From positions 82,884,748-82,932,587 of the forward strand of contig NC_068985.1 of assembly GCF_001194135.2 (NCBI RefSeq): a DNA stretch of 47,840 bases, written 5' to 3'. The notes under the pieces were generated by a model. It saw only the letters and a list, made by a program, of their open reading frames with translations, did no database searches and was not told the origin of the DNA. The position numbers and the translations under genes are program-made. Positions 26,479-38,092 of the stretch are shown in pieces (position 1 is the stretch's first letter; each line of letters opens with the position of its first letter). The DNA comes from Octopus bimaculoides (Eukaryota).

Positions 26479-27389
26479 TAATTCATAAGCTCCTAATGAA
26501 ATGAAATAAATGGTAGCAGCAAATTATTTGAAAATTACTAAAGGATAAATGCCTGATTTTGAAACAACCATTGAGTTAATACCATAAAATACTAGGCTAC
26601 AGAGTGGGGCTGGTGACGGGAAGTGGCACTTCTTTTACCTTTTCCTTACATTCTTTTTTTGTGTTACTGATGCTTTATATACATTTTTTTTTTAATATAT
26701 ATATTCTTTGATTTCTTTCACTGAGATGCAAAGTTATTTGAATCAAAAATCAACTGGGAAGAAAATAAAGAACTGCTTAGAATTGAAAAATGATTTTTTG
26801 TTTTTTCCTTCATATAAGAAATATGAAAAAAATAATAATTTGAGATTTGAAAAGGAATATAAATATAAATATAAGAATATAAAGCATTCTTTCACAGATT
26901 CTTACATGTTTACTGAAACATATTTAATTTTTGGATGAAAACTGTTTGAGAAGATAATTATTTGCATTGGACATGCATTTTAGAATTATATTATTTTTCA
27001 GGTTAAATGGTTTATAATCCATCTAGCCGTTCATACAATCCTGTCTATGTGTATATGTTGTCATTGTCGTGTATTGTACACTTTTAGTCTTCTCAACTGA
27101 ACTCGAGTTCTCCTATCAGATGGAAAAATAGTGTTACTTCTTTCTGACCTTCTCGTGTTTTCTTGGCATAAACAACTGAGGTAATTTGCCATTCCTTCTT
27201 TAATTGGATGGCCATTGGACCAACCACGATGAAATAATCTGTCCTTCAACAGGTTTTGTTTTTAGTCCTGCTTGGTGTCCAGACACCCTCCGCACAATAG
27301 TAGCAGAGGGAGTGGGTTAAGTCACCAACCACTCAACCATGAAACTGGTTGTACTAGTTGTACTGGTATCACAAGGAGGTCTCATCAGC

Positions 27390-27545
27390 CTATTCTTTTA
27401 TTCTTTTACTTGTTTCAGTCATTTGACTGGAGCTTCGCCTTAAAGGGTTTTAGTCAAAGAAATCGCCCCCTGGACTTATTCTTTGTAAGCCTAGTTCTTA
27501 TTCTATCAGTCTGTTTTGCTGAACTACTAAGTAATAGGGACATAA
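27390..27545 (-). mobile_element. SINE family A 3' half
   Basis: TTCTTTTACTTGTTTCAGTCATTTGACT...GGACTTATTCTTTGTAAGCCTAGTTCTTATTCTATC is the reverse complement of 28770-28885. Confidence 0.85.
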
Positions 27546-27547
27546 AC

Positions 27548-27581
<34 letters not shown>

Positions 27582-27620
27582 NNNNNNNNNNNNNNNNNNN
27601 NNNNNNNNNNNNNNNNNNNN
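27582..27620. other. Assembly gap (39 N)
   Basis: N run. Confidence 1.
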
Positions 27621-27652
<32 letters not shown>

Positions 27653-27657
<5 letters not shown>

Positions 27658-28396
27658 GGAAATTATAGAAGGGACACCTCTAGGCAATCAATACAAATTC
27701 CAAAGCATAATTCAAAACACACGACGAAAAATAAATATACATATAAATTCATAAATAAGTGAATAAAATTACATGCAAAAGTGTTATATGAAAACTATGC
27801 ATCATGTACATTGGATTCAGGTCCTGAATGGAGGAGTGACAAATAAAGAGATAAAAATTCGAGGAAAGGGCTTCCAAAAGGAACGGTTCAAATCAATTAA
27901 AAATTTGATGTCTATCAAATTATTAACATGTAGGATTTCATCATGAAGGAAACCATTCTGATGAGTGGAGCATTATATTTCTGTATTTGAAATACTTAAA
28001 ATGCTATTTATACATTTATTCTACCCTAGATGATATCCTTTACCCAAATTCATCCGAATCTGTATCTATTTATTTTATCTACCTATTCATCTACCAATAT
28101 ATCCCTGAATTTTAAAATTTTGAACTCTCATCCGAGAATTCATATAAACATCAAATTCTTAATTGATTGGAACAGTTCCTCTTTGGAAGCCCTTACCTTG
28201 GATTTTTGTCTCTTTCTCCATTCAGTACCTGAACCCAACGTACATGATGCATAAGTTTTAGATATTTCTTTTACATATAATTTTGTTCACTTATTTATAT
28301 AAATTTATATGTGTATTTATTTTGTTGTGTGCTTTAAATTATGCTTTGGAATTTGTAATGATTGCCTAGATGTGTTCCTTCTATAATTTCTCTTAT
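27653..28396. mobile_element. Large fold-back element: about 260-bp inverted arms around a 226-bp spacer (possibly Penelope-like-derived)
   Basis: 27653-27915 matches the reverse complement of 28142-28396 at about 85% (e.g. GAAATTATAGAAGG.ACAC.TCTAGGCAATCA.TACAAATTCCAAAGCATAATT; TATGCATCATGTAC.TTGG.TTCAGGT.CTGAATGGAG; AAGGGCTTCCAAA). Confidence 0.9.
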
Positions 28397-28500
28397 TCTT
28401 CAATTTAGCTTGCAATGAGCACTTCTTAATACAGTTCATATATGGTGAAGTATACTTAAAAACATACTTTCTAAGAAAATTTAACTTTATATACATATAG

Positions 28501-28887
28501 GTGCAGGAGTGGCTGTGTGGTAAGTAGCTTGCTTACCAACCACATGGTTCCAGGTTCAGTCCCACTGCATGGCAGCTTGTGCAGGTGTCTTCTACTATAA
28601 CCTTGGGCTGACCAAAGCTTTGTGAGTGGATTTGGTAGACAGAAACTGAAAGAAGCCCATCGTATATATGTATATATATATGTGTGTGTGTGCGTGTTTG
28701 TCCCTCCAACATCCTTTGACAACCGATGCTGGTGTGTTTATGTCCCCGCAACTGAGTGGTTCGGCAAAAGAGACCGATGGAATAAGTACTAGGCTTACAA
28801 AGAATAAGTCCTGGGGTTGATTTGCTCAACTAAAAGGTGGTGCTCCAGCATGGCTGCAGTCAAATGACTGAAACAAGTAAAAGAGTA
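28501..28887 (+). mobile_element. tRNA-derived SINE family A, near-intact full-length copy
   Basis: A-box-like TGGCTGTGTGG and B-box-like GGTTCAGTCCC; body with internal (TA)(TG) tract; ends GACTGAAACAAGTAAAAGAGTA; multiple homologues in the window. Confidence 0.92.
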
Positions 28888-28904
28888 TATATATATATAT
28901 ATAT

Positions 28905-29056
28905 TATTTTGCTTAAAAGAGTTCCAACACTGTCTGTTTTTTATGTTTTATTTATATTCCTGCAGAACTAATGTGGGGTATAGAATATGGAATATACAAT
29001 ATGTCTGTCATACCGGTCATGACGAAGGGAAATAGCCCTGAAACTCGAGTCGCCTT
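28905..29056 (+). mobile_element. Penelope-like element 3'/pLTR fragment ending in a hammerhead-like motif
   Basis: Flanked by (TA)n on both sides; ends with TGACGAAGGGAAATAGCCCTGAAAC, a motif typical of PLE termini. Confidence 0.6.
29015..29054 (+). ncRNA. Minimal type-I hammerhead ribozyme-like motif (extra A in core)
   Basis: GGT-C(A)TGACGA-AGGG-AAATAG-CCCT-GAAA-C-TCGA-GTC-GCC: 3-bp stem I, 4-bp stem II, palindromic stem III loop, GUC cleavage triplet. Confidence 0.65.
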
Positions 29057-29110
29057 TATATATATATATTTATATTTATATATTTATATATTTGATCCTT
29101 TATATTGAAC

Positions 29111-29640
29111 NNNNNNNNNNNNNNNNNNNNNNNNNNNNNNNNNNNNNNNNNNNNNNNNNNNNNNNNNNNNNNNNNNNNNNNNNNNNNNNNNNNNNNNNNN
29201 NNNNNNNNNNNNNNNNNNNNNNNNNNNNNNNNNNNNNNNNNNNNNNNNNNNNNNNNNNNNNNNNNNNNNNNNNNNNNNNNNNNNNNNNNNNNNNNNNNNN
29301 NNNNNNNNNNNNNNNNNNNNNNNNNNNNNNNNNNNNNNNNNNNNNNNNNNNNNNNNNNNNNNNNNNNNNNNNNNNNNNNNNNNNNNNNNNNNNNNNNNNN
29401 NNNNNNNNNNNNNNNNNNNNNNNNNNNNNNNNNNNNNNNNNNNNNNNNNNNNNNNNNNNNNNNNNNNNNNNNNNNNNNNNNNNNNNNNNNNNNNNNNNNN
29501 NNNNNNNNNNNNNNNNNNNNNNNNNNNNNNNNNNNNNNNNNNNNNNNNNNNNNNNNNNNNNNNNNNNNNNNNNNNNNNNNNNNNNNNNNNNNNNNNNNNN
29601 NNNNNNNNNNNNNNNNNNNNNNNNNNNNNNNNNNNNNNNN
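29111..29640. other. Assembly gap (530 N)
   Basis: N run. Confidence 1.
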
Positions 29641-29700
29641 GACACACCTGTGCCAATGATGAAATTCCTGACCTAACTTTATTTATATTTAGAGGTATGA

Positions 29701-29786
<86 letters not shown>
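29701..29786. repeat. (TA)n(TG)n microsatellite
   Basis: Direct reading. Confidence 0.95.
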
Positions 29787-29788
<2 letters not shown>

Positions 29789-30031
29789 CAGTGTGCATGG
29801 GTGGTATTTCGTTTTATAAACACCAGAAATAGAACTCAGTATGTAATGCAAAGTATATAATTGATTCAAACTTTGACAAGGCTTTGGTGTGAAACTGCAG
29901 AAACTTGAGTCATTTATGTGGCCTCATAGCTAATAAATTCTGTGTGTGTGTGTGTGTGTGTGCACGTGTGTACTTTCTTTATGCATATATACACATAGAT
30001 GCACACATGTAGATGTACATACTCATACATA

Positions 30032-30076
<45 letters not shown>

Positions 30077-31953
30077 TCAGATGCTCATACCCATATATGT
30101 ATATGTAATATATGAATGTATACATATATGCACACATATAGGTAAACCCATACAAACACATACAACACAAATATCTATGGACTCACACATATATACATAC
30201 AGCCATGCACATACATATGCTTATACATACCTAAAAATACATATGTACACCCATGCATTTTCAAATCCAAAAGTTTATGTATTTACATACATACATGCAT
30301 CTAGTCATAACCATACATTTACACAACTACACAAATATATATAAACACCATACATATACACCAGTCCCCATAGATATCTAAACATACATATACACACAAG
30401 CACACATATAAAGACATACATGTACATAGCTACACACATATGTATCCCAATTACAGGTCAGTATAAAATAATATAAATTGTTATTCAATATTTCATACAA
30501 AGTGTCTAAACTTTAGAAGTATTACACAGTAATATAAAATTTCAATTATTTAACCTTTAAAGAACTTTTCTGTTCTTTGAAAAATGAAGAATGTAAATGT
30601 ATAGAATAAGTAACAACGCAAGCAGAACCTAGCCTGGTAGCTGAATTGTAAAATTAGCAGTTATCTTATCTTCCCTGTTTTTAATAGAATTTAAACATAC
30701 AGAGAATTTTGTGATTGCAATTAATTTTCTCTTTATTACATCCATTGCAAAATGGTTTGTAAGAGTGTATATTTTCTATTGCCTCCAGGCAACACAGTTA
30801 ACATGCCCCCATTCTTCTGCATGTGTAATTGTGAATTTTACAATGCTCTGCTCCAATTTATGATCAATGTTTAAACTTTTGACATGTCACACGTATTCAG
30901 CTAATGAGAATGAGTTTACAAACAGTACATTTTTAAACGAATGCAAACATGCATAAAATTGCTTTTTAGAAATATTTGCTGTAAAGTCAATGTGTTTCTT
31001 AGTGCTTGTTCATGAAATTACCCTACAATGGTATACTATGTTAATGACAAAGAAGTTACCATTCAATAAGCAAGCCTATAGTTTTACATTTTGACTTTTA
31101 AGTTATACATCTACCATTTGAAGGAACATCATTATCATTCCTACAGTTACACATTTAGTCATTCTATTAAAATGACTAGTTCATAAATCATTATTCATAT
31201 TTTCTCTGTTGATGTTTTTTGGGTTTATAACCTTGCAAAATGTGTCTGTGTGAGAATCATTCATGATCCTGCTCTGCAAACCAGAAGCTGCTCAAAATTG
31301 TACTACTCTAAGCATATGGTATTGTCTAATTCTTCATTAAATAGGGCTAATATTGGATTTCAGGTACTATAGTCTTATTTAAATTCAGTAGACTTGCAGC
31401 CAGCTGTGGAGTGGTAGATAATGAGAGTTCAACTGTATTTGAACTAAATACATGGTAGAATTGTGTACTTGGTGGAAAATTTTTTTTTATGAGTAGCAGC
31501 AATAATAGTCTAGATATACAAAATCTTATCTGGATGTTGTATGAAGGATTATACCTCATGACATTTAATTAAAAAATTTTTTTTGACTTCTATGGGTATA
31601 AGACATAACGAAGGCTCTCAAGAGTCTTATCTTTTTTGTTATATTTCCTATTAAATTTATGCCCATATTACTTATTAGGGTGCATGTATGTTTATCCAAT
31701 ACCGTAGTAGTCATATTTAAAACTAATATTACGAATTCTGTTCACCTCTTTTGTTTTACTAGTTACTTTAACTTCGTCTACATCTTTAACTATAATTTCC
31801 TCCACTAATTTATCCATATAAATGTCATCATATAATTTTCTGTATCAGATTATTGTATTTCAATATTATCTTTATGCTTATTACCTATACTATTACTAAA
31901 TTTGTAATGCCTGCGCCTATTAACAATATTAACATTCATAAAATTGCTATTAT

Positions 31954-32172
31954 TGTGAACTGGCAGAATCATTAAAGCATGAGATAAAAATGCCTTGTGG
32001 CATTTACTCTGTCTCTTTACAGTCTAATTTCAAATCCTGCTGGAGTCAACTTTGCTATTCATTCATTCCTGGTCAAACAAAATAAAGCATCAATCAAGAA
32101 CTGGGTTTAATAAAATAAACCAACTCCCTCTCCTCTGAAAATTACAGGCCTTGTGCTTAAATCAGGAACCAT
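31954..32172 (+). mobile_element. SINE family C with (ATT)n tail
   Basis: GAACTGGCAGAATCATTAAAGC...TTTCAAATCCTGCTGGAGTCAACTTTGC...CAGGCCTTGTGCTTAAATCAGGAACCATAATAATAATT. Confidence 0.75.
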
Positions 32173-32189
32173 AATAATAATTATTATTA

Positions 32190-32630
32190 TTAGTTATTTA
32201 CTTTTAATCTGCATGTTTGTTACTATCACTTGCTGAGACACACCCAGCATCCTAGGGCGAGTGAAGTATAAGATATGTTACAGTATGACCGGAAGCTAGG
32301 AGAGAAGAGGCAGAGGCAGTAGTGAAATATTTTCATGTAATACAACACAGACATTTAAATTGATAGGCTTTTTCTAAGGATGTGGGCAGTACTTGCCAGC
32401 ACAATCTTTAGGATTTCTCTGAGACATGGTCCTTCTAGGATGTTATCTGGATGTTTCAGACATCCCTTTTTTTTTTTATCATACCTAGGGCACCTTGAAT
32501 AACAGGAACAGTTCTCACTTTATGATGCCACATATTTTGTATTTCAATTTCCAGGTCCTTATATTTACTTAATTTGTCAAATTCCTGTTCAGATATATTT
32601 TTAATCAGGGGGAACACTTACATCTATTCA
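32190..32630 (-). mobile_element. R4/Dong-clade non-LTR retrotransposon 3' end (family B) with 3' UTR and (TAA)n tail
   Basis: 32627-32355 translates to IDVSVPPD.NISEQEFDKLSKYKDLEIEIQNMWHHKVRTVPVIQGALGMIKK.GCLKHPDNILEGPCLREILKIVLASTAHILRKSLSI* (RLE C-terminus). Confidence 0.9.
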
Positions 32631-32639
32631 TCTACTATC

Positions 32640-32926
32640 ATTATAATTATGTGATGAAAACTCACAGCTTATTTTACTGGGTGTGATGGAAAGTATCAGC
32701 TGCTGTCCACAGCCAGCAGACTAAGGTGACACTTGTTTATTGGTCATGCTTCAAGAACCCTATGAAGAATTCTTGCAGTTCCAAGCAATGCTGATTTTTG
32801 TAGGTGTTCTACATTCACACTTGCACCAATCTTTTTCAACTATGCTGAGAGTTGAGTGCTGATACTTCCAAGTGCACCAATTACTATTGGTATCACGTCT
32901 ACTCTCCTTCATATTTCCCACTTCAG
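32640..32926 (-). mobile_element. R4/Dong-clade non-LTR retrotransposon 3' end (family A)
   Basis: 32923-32744 translates to KWEI*RRVDVIPIVIGALGSISTQLSA*LKKIGASVNVEHLQKSALLGTARILHRVLEA*. Confidence 0.9.
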
Positions 32927-32934
32927 ATTGTCAT

Positions 32935-32972
32935 AGTTATTATTATTGTTATTATTGGTGTTGTTGTTGTTG

Positions 32973-33019
<47 letters not shown>

Positions 33020-33040
33020 TATTACTACTACTGCTGCTGT
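32935..33040. repeat. (ATT)n/(GTT)n microsatellite
   Basis: Direct reading. Confidence 0.95.
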
Positions 33041-33045
33041 TAGAA

Positions 33046-33258
33046 TGGTGAGCTCACAAAGTCATTAACATGCCAGACAAAATGCTTAACGACATTTCGT
33101 CCATCTTCACATTCTGGGTTCAAATTCGGCCGAGGCCGACATTGCCTTTCATTCTTTCAGGGTCAATAAAATAAGTACCAGTTGAACAGTAGGGTCGATA
33201 TAATTGATTTGTCCCCTCCTCTGAAAATGCTGGCCTTGTGCCAAAACTTGAAACCATT
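33046..33258 (+). mobile_element. SINE family C, tRNA-like head, (ATT)n tail
   Basis: GGTGAGCTCACAAAGTC...GGGTTCAAATTCGGCCGAGGCCGACATTGCCTTTCATTCTTTCAGGGTC...GCTGGCCTTGTGCCAAAACTTGAAACC. Confidence 0.85.
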
Positions 33259-33290
33259 ATTATAATAATAATAATAATTATTATTATTAA

Positions 33291-33490
33291 GGCGTTGAGC
33301 TTGCAGAATCCTTAGCATGCCAAACAAAATGCATCCATTTTTATGCTCTAAGTTTGAATTCTGTCAAGGTTGACTTTACTTCTAATCTTTTTGGGGTCAA
33401 CAAAATTAATACCAGTTAAGTACTGGATCATTGTAATTGACTATCCGCGCCTCTCAAAATTTCTGGCCTTGTGTAGAAAAGATTATTATT
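33291..33490 (+). mobile_element. SINE family C, tandem second copy
   Basis: GGCGTTGAGCTTGCAGAATCCTTAGCATGCC...TTTGAATTCTGTCAAGGTTGACTTT...TTCTGGCCTTGTG. Confidence 0.8.
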
Positions 33491-34539
33491 ATAAAGCTAT
33501 TTTTTGCATGCGACTTTAGTTAACAGAGATATTGTCTTGAGGCTTGTGGACAAGTGTCCTGAAATCTCATGAATCTTTCTTAGGATTCTTTCAGGATGCA
33601 TGATTGCATTTTACTGCAGTGGGACCAAACTCAAGACCACATGGTTGCAAAGTGATTTTTACGACCATACTGCCATGCCTAGATGTTTCGGAACATATCT
33701 AAGTTTACAGATTGTCACATTTTATATTGATATGCAATGAAAATGCAGATAATAAGAAAAGGAAAATCAAAAAAGTGCAATAAAAAATTTTTTGGAAAAT
33801 ATAAATTTAAATAGTACAATAGATGTTTTGTTTTTTTCTCTGCCAATAATAACTTGCTTTGTACATTTCTTTCTTAAGTTGACAAGGCCTAAGAAATGAA
33901 AACCTCAAAGCAGGTAGTTCTTGCACCATCTCTGATGCATGAGGAAATAAAAGACTTTATCACCATATTCTTTAATTTAATAGAGAAAGAAAAAAAGGAA
34001 AGAAAGGAAACCCAGTCATATCAATGAAAAGAAATTTTATTTACTGTGATATTCAATCCCTTAGCTCTTCTGGAAATTGTATATCAAACCAAATAACAAT
34101 GAAGATGAAAGAACAGTGGTATCTTTTGACAATTAGCAAAATAAAATAAAATTAAAAAAAAAATAAATAAAATGAAAAAAATAAAAAAAGAGCTTTGCTG
34201 AAACAGAGGAGAAGGAGAAGGAATAGAAAAGAGAGAGAGAGAGAGAAAAAAAAAAGAAGTAGGGTTTTGTACATTTTTGTTAGTTTTTAGCTTTTCCACA
34301 ATAACATCAAGTTCATTGCAAACAAAAGTACCGTGATGTTTATTGTTAGATGTACATCAGTAAAACTTTGTGGTGGTTCATCTTTTAGTTTTACATTTAG
34401 TGGAAGAGAGTGAAAAACTAAATAATAAACTATTTTCAGAATAGAGAAGAAAAATTAGAAGTAAAGAAAGAAAACAAAGGGAGAATTTTTACAATAGAGA
34501 AGAAAGTTAAAAAAAGATCATTTTGTAAGGAAATAAAAA

Positions 34540-34827
34540 CTATATGTACATGTGTATGCATGTATAAATGTATAAGTATGCATGCATGTTTTTGTGTGTA
34601 TATATATGTGTCTGTATATACATACATACATACATGTCCTTATATATATATGCTTATAGTTTACATATACATTTATGTTTGTATGCATGTATGCTTTATA
34701 TATATATATGTATATACATATATATAATATTCATGCATATATGCATATATAAGCATATCTGTGTATGCATATATATGTGTGTGTGTGTGGTGCATATATA
34801 TATATTTTCGAAACCTGCATGTGTGCT

Positions 34828-34881
<54 letters not shown>

Positions 34882-34920
34882 CACACCCACACACACACAC
34901 ACACACAAACACACATGCAG
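34540..34920. repeat. (TA)n/(TG)n/(CA)n compound microsatellite block
   Basis: Direct reading. Confidence 0.9.
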
Positions 34921-36133
34921 GTTTAAAAAATAGATGTTTTAAAGACAATAGCAAAGATTATAGGTTTCTTTTTTATTTGAAAAATTGTAAGAGATTAATA
35001 AAATCAAAATGAAAAATAAAGCAAAATGAAGAAATAAACTCTCCAAAACTGTATTACGCTAAAAGAACCAATAGAAGAACAACAACGACGGCGACGACAA
35101 AGAAGAAGGAGAAGAAGAATGAAACGCCAAACAGAAAATGAAACACCACACCTTAATATAAAACTATTTCCATGAAAGTAAAAATGATCCAATTATTTTT
35201 AAAAGAATAACTCATTGTTAAGTTTGAAAAACTAAATGAATGGTCCATGATTTTTACTGATTAGTTTGTTGCTTTTTTTTTGTGTATATTTGTGGTCTTT
35301 TTTTGTGAGCTTGTACTTAAATTTGGTTATCTATTTAGTTATTTTATCATGTTCTTCTCCTTTTTCTTTCTCTTTGTAATTTTTCCTTAAATTTTCATTA
35401 TCTTATCTACTTCTGTTTATTTTATTTATCATTATTATTATTATTTTTTTTTATTCTTCATTTGTATTATTATTTTCCTCTCTGCTCATATTTCCTTACT
35501 CTTTCAAACCTTCGCTTTTTAATTCTCTCTCTCTCCCCTTCTCCCCCCTCTCATTTATACTTGCCTTTTTACTAGTTTTTTTTTTTTTTTAGTACCTCGT
35601 TTGCCTTATTATCCACTCAATTTTTCAGATATCATTCCTCATTCCTCTATTAATTCCATCATTCTTTTTTTTTTTGCAGTATATTTTAAGCTGTAGATCT
35701 GTTTTTATCCCTTAATTATCTTATTTTTTTTTACTTATCAAATTTTATTTTAAAATTTTAAAACATTTTTTTCATTCTTACTTTCGCAATCATTTCATTA
35801 GTTTGTATCAGTTACTTTTTATAGAACTAATTACAAGAATCGATCATTAGTTATTCTGCTTGAATATTACCCACCACCACTGCCACTCCCCTATTCATTG
35901 CTACAACAACCCTCTCTTCATACACTAACATTCATTTACTAGTAACTTCTCCCATCCTTTCTACCCATCAAATGAACTTACCCAATAAGAAATTCACTAA
36001 AATATAACCACTTTTCATGTTCATCTTTCCTCCACCTACTCCCTATTCTTTATTGCATGTTTGGTGTAGGTGCTGGGGTTGTTGTTTTTTTTTTATTTAG
36101 TCCTCCCCGCAGCTCATGCCTCCAGCTTTTATC

Positions 36134-36658
36134 TTTTGTTATTTCATAGAATATTTTCTTTGTTTCAAAACAATGTATTTGTGAATTTCTTCATGACTTA
36201 GAGGAAGAGAACTTACTACTATTTACTGATCCCTTCAAGCCCCTGTGTTTTATCCCTACATAATACAATCTCCCAGAGAATAAATTACACAAGCATGCTT
36301 TTTGCTTTGAAGACAGCAATTAAGTTAGTATTAACATATTTCATGCAGGGTATATTAAAATACTAATTAAACATTGTGTTATATCAGTGAATACAAGAGA
36401 TAATTCCAAACTTGTTCCTACCTTACTAAATCTCTTCAGCAATAAAAAAAAGGAGCCCTTTAGGTTATAAATGACCATGGGATTGCACCTAGAAAGTTAT
36501 CACCTAAGGCACAAGTCCATGCAAGGTTGTTTATGGAAGACCAGCAGTTGCTCATGCATACCAACCTCCTCTTTCCATACCACTGATGTTATCCAAGGCA
36601 AAGGCCGATACAGGCTGGAACCAGTGATATCGCAACTCATTTCTACAGCTGAGCAAAC
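36134..36658 (+). repeat. Local duplication copy 1 (paralogue at 40476-41003)
   Basis: About 525-bp direct match at roughly 94-95% by eye, including a 117-bp identical block. Confidence 0.95.
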
Positions 36659-36757
36659 TGGAGCAATGTAAAATAAACACAACACACAGCCTAATCCAAG
36701 AATCGAACTCACTACCTCATGGTTGTGAGCCTATGCTCTAACCCATGAGCCATGCAC
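36455..36757 (-). mobile_element. tRNA-derived SINE family D, full length
   Basis: Reverse complement begins GGTGCATGGCTCATGGGTTAGAGCATAGGCTCACAACCATGAGGTAGTGAGTTCGATTCTTGG (tRNA A/B boxes). Confidence 0.85.
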
Positions 36758-37339
36758 CAAAGAAAATTATTCAGTGAAATTGCACACAATATTTTGCCTT
36801 GATTACACTATTTATTGGTCTTGGTTGTCAAGGTTTGTGTTTGAGATATTTAAAGTACACATTTGTGAGTTCATTGACTGAACCATTATGTCACTCTGCT
36901 CCCATAAATTACTGATATATACTGACAGTAAATATCTTTAGGTTACACAATTTTTGGTTGATAGTAGAAAGGAGAACCAAACTGAAAGAATTCTAGCCAA
37001 ATCAAACATACCGAAAACAGCCTGTATGGTTAAGCACCATTAGCACCACCTCTTCCAGCAATCAAACCCACTACCATATGATTCTGATATGATTCCAGCA
37101 ACATAACCACTAGGCCATCTGCATTCATGAATTACTGGTACTGCAATAAATGCTCGTAGTTCACTTAGTTTGTGGTTGACAATAGCAAAGGAAACCAAAA
37201 ATTATTAAGAACTCCAGCCAAATCAAATATGTTGAGAAGCAATGACTCAAATGAATTAGCAAGCACAATATGCTGTGATGCAAATGTATTTAACTCATAT
37301 CGATATAAAAAATATTCAAAACAAAAAATAACAAGAAGT

Positions 37340-37694
37340 TGAGGAGGGTGACGACGATGACGATGACGATAGTAATAGCATTGGTGGTAATGGTGCTGAT
37401 GTTAGTGATAATTTTGGTGTTATCAATGCTAATCATTCATTGGCATTAGCCATATCAACTCTAATAACATTAGCAGTGATAGTTGTAATAGTAGTATAGT
37501 GATGTGATGGTGGCAATGGTGGTGATGGAATATTAATATTACCACTGCCAACACCACTATGAATCTCCATATAAAATATGCAATCCACTTGTTTCTATAT
37601 TCAAAAACTACCACTAATACTACTACTACTACTGGTTTTGGTAGTAGTGCTTATGGTGGTGGTGGTGTTTGTGGTTGTGGTGGTGGTAGTGGTA

Positions 37695-37729
<35 letters not shown>

Positions 37730-37790
37730 TATTGTTGTTGTTGTTAGTAGTAGTAGTAATAGTAGTAAAAGAAGAAGAATCAGCAGCACT
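37340..37790. repeat. Mixed trinucleotide low-complexity region (GAT/GGT/ATT/GTT/TAG)
   Basis: Direct reading. Confidence 0.85.
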
Positions 37791-38092
37791 AAAAGTTGTA
37801 TTGGTTGTACAAGACAAGATGATGTTGTCACTATGGTAAGAGCTTCATCACAGATAAAAAATAAATTTAATTTACACAGATATAAATATATACATGTATG
37901 TATATATGTATGCATGTATGTATGTAGGTATGTATGTATTAAGCAGAAGCCAAAAAAAATTCAGTAAATACATATATAGAAATAGTGAATGTCAAAAAAA
38001 GACAAAAAGAAAAAAAATCAAAGAATAATGTTTTAATAACTAATAGTGAAAATTGTACTTTTAAAAATTTCAGACAAGATTCAACAAGAATG

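Noticed and set aside
27335-27392. Minus-strand CTGATGAGACC...GATAC and GAAAC/GTTTC hairpin
   Set aside because: No GAAA in the correct position and no stem I partner.
27952-28004. CTGATGAGTGGAG...GAAATAC, a possible hammerhead in the fold-back spacer
   Set aside because: The core CTGATGA is perfect, but stem II cannot close against GAAA and stem I is out of register; at best a decayed relic.
21571-31455. Other AG...GT-bounded open segments (about 21571-21650, 24090-24178, 31364-31453)
   Set aside because: Donors are weak, the peptides are unrecognisable, and such segments are expected by chance in 48 kb.
28501-36757. tRNA genes
   Set aside because: The A/B-box-like sequences are SINE heads continuing into SINE bodies; no complete cloverleaf was found.
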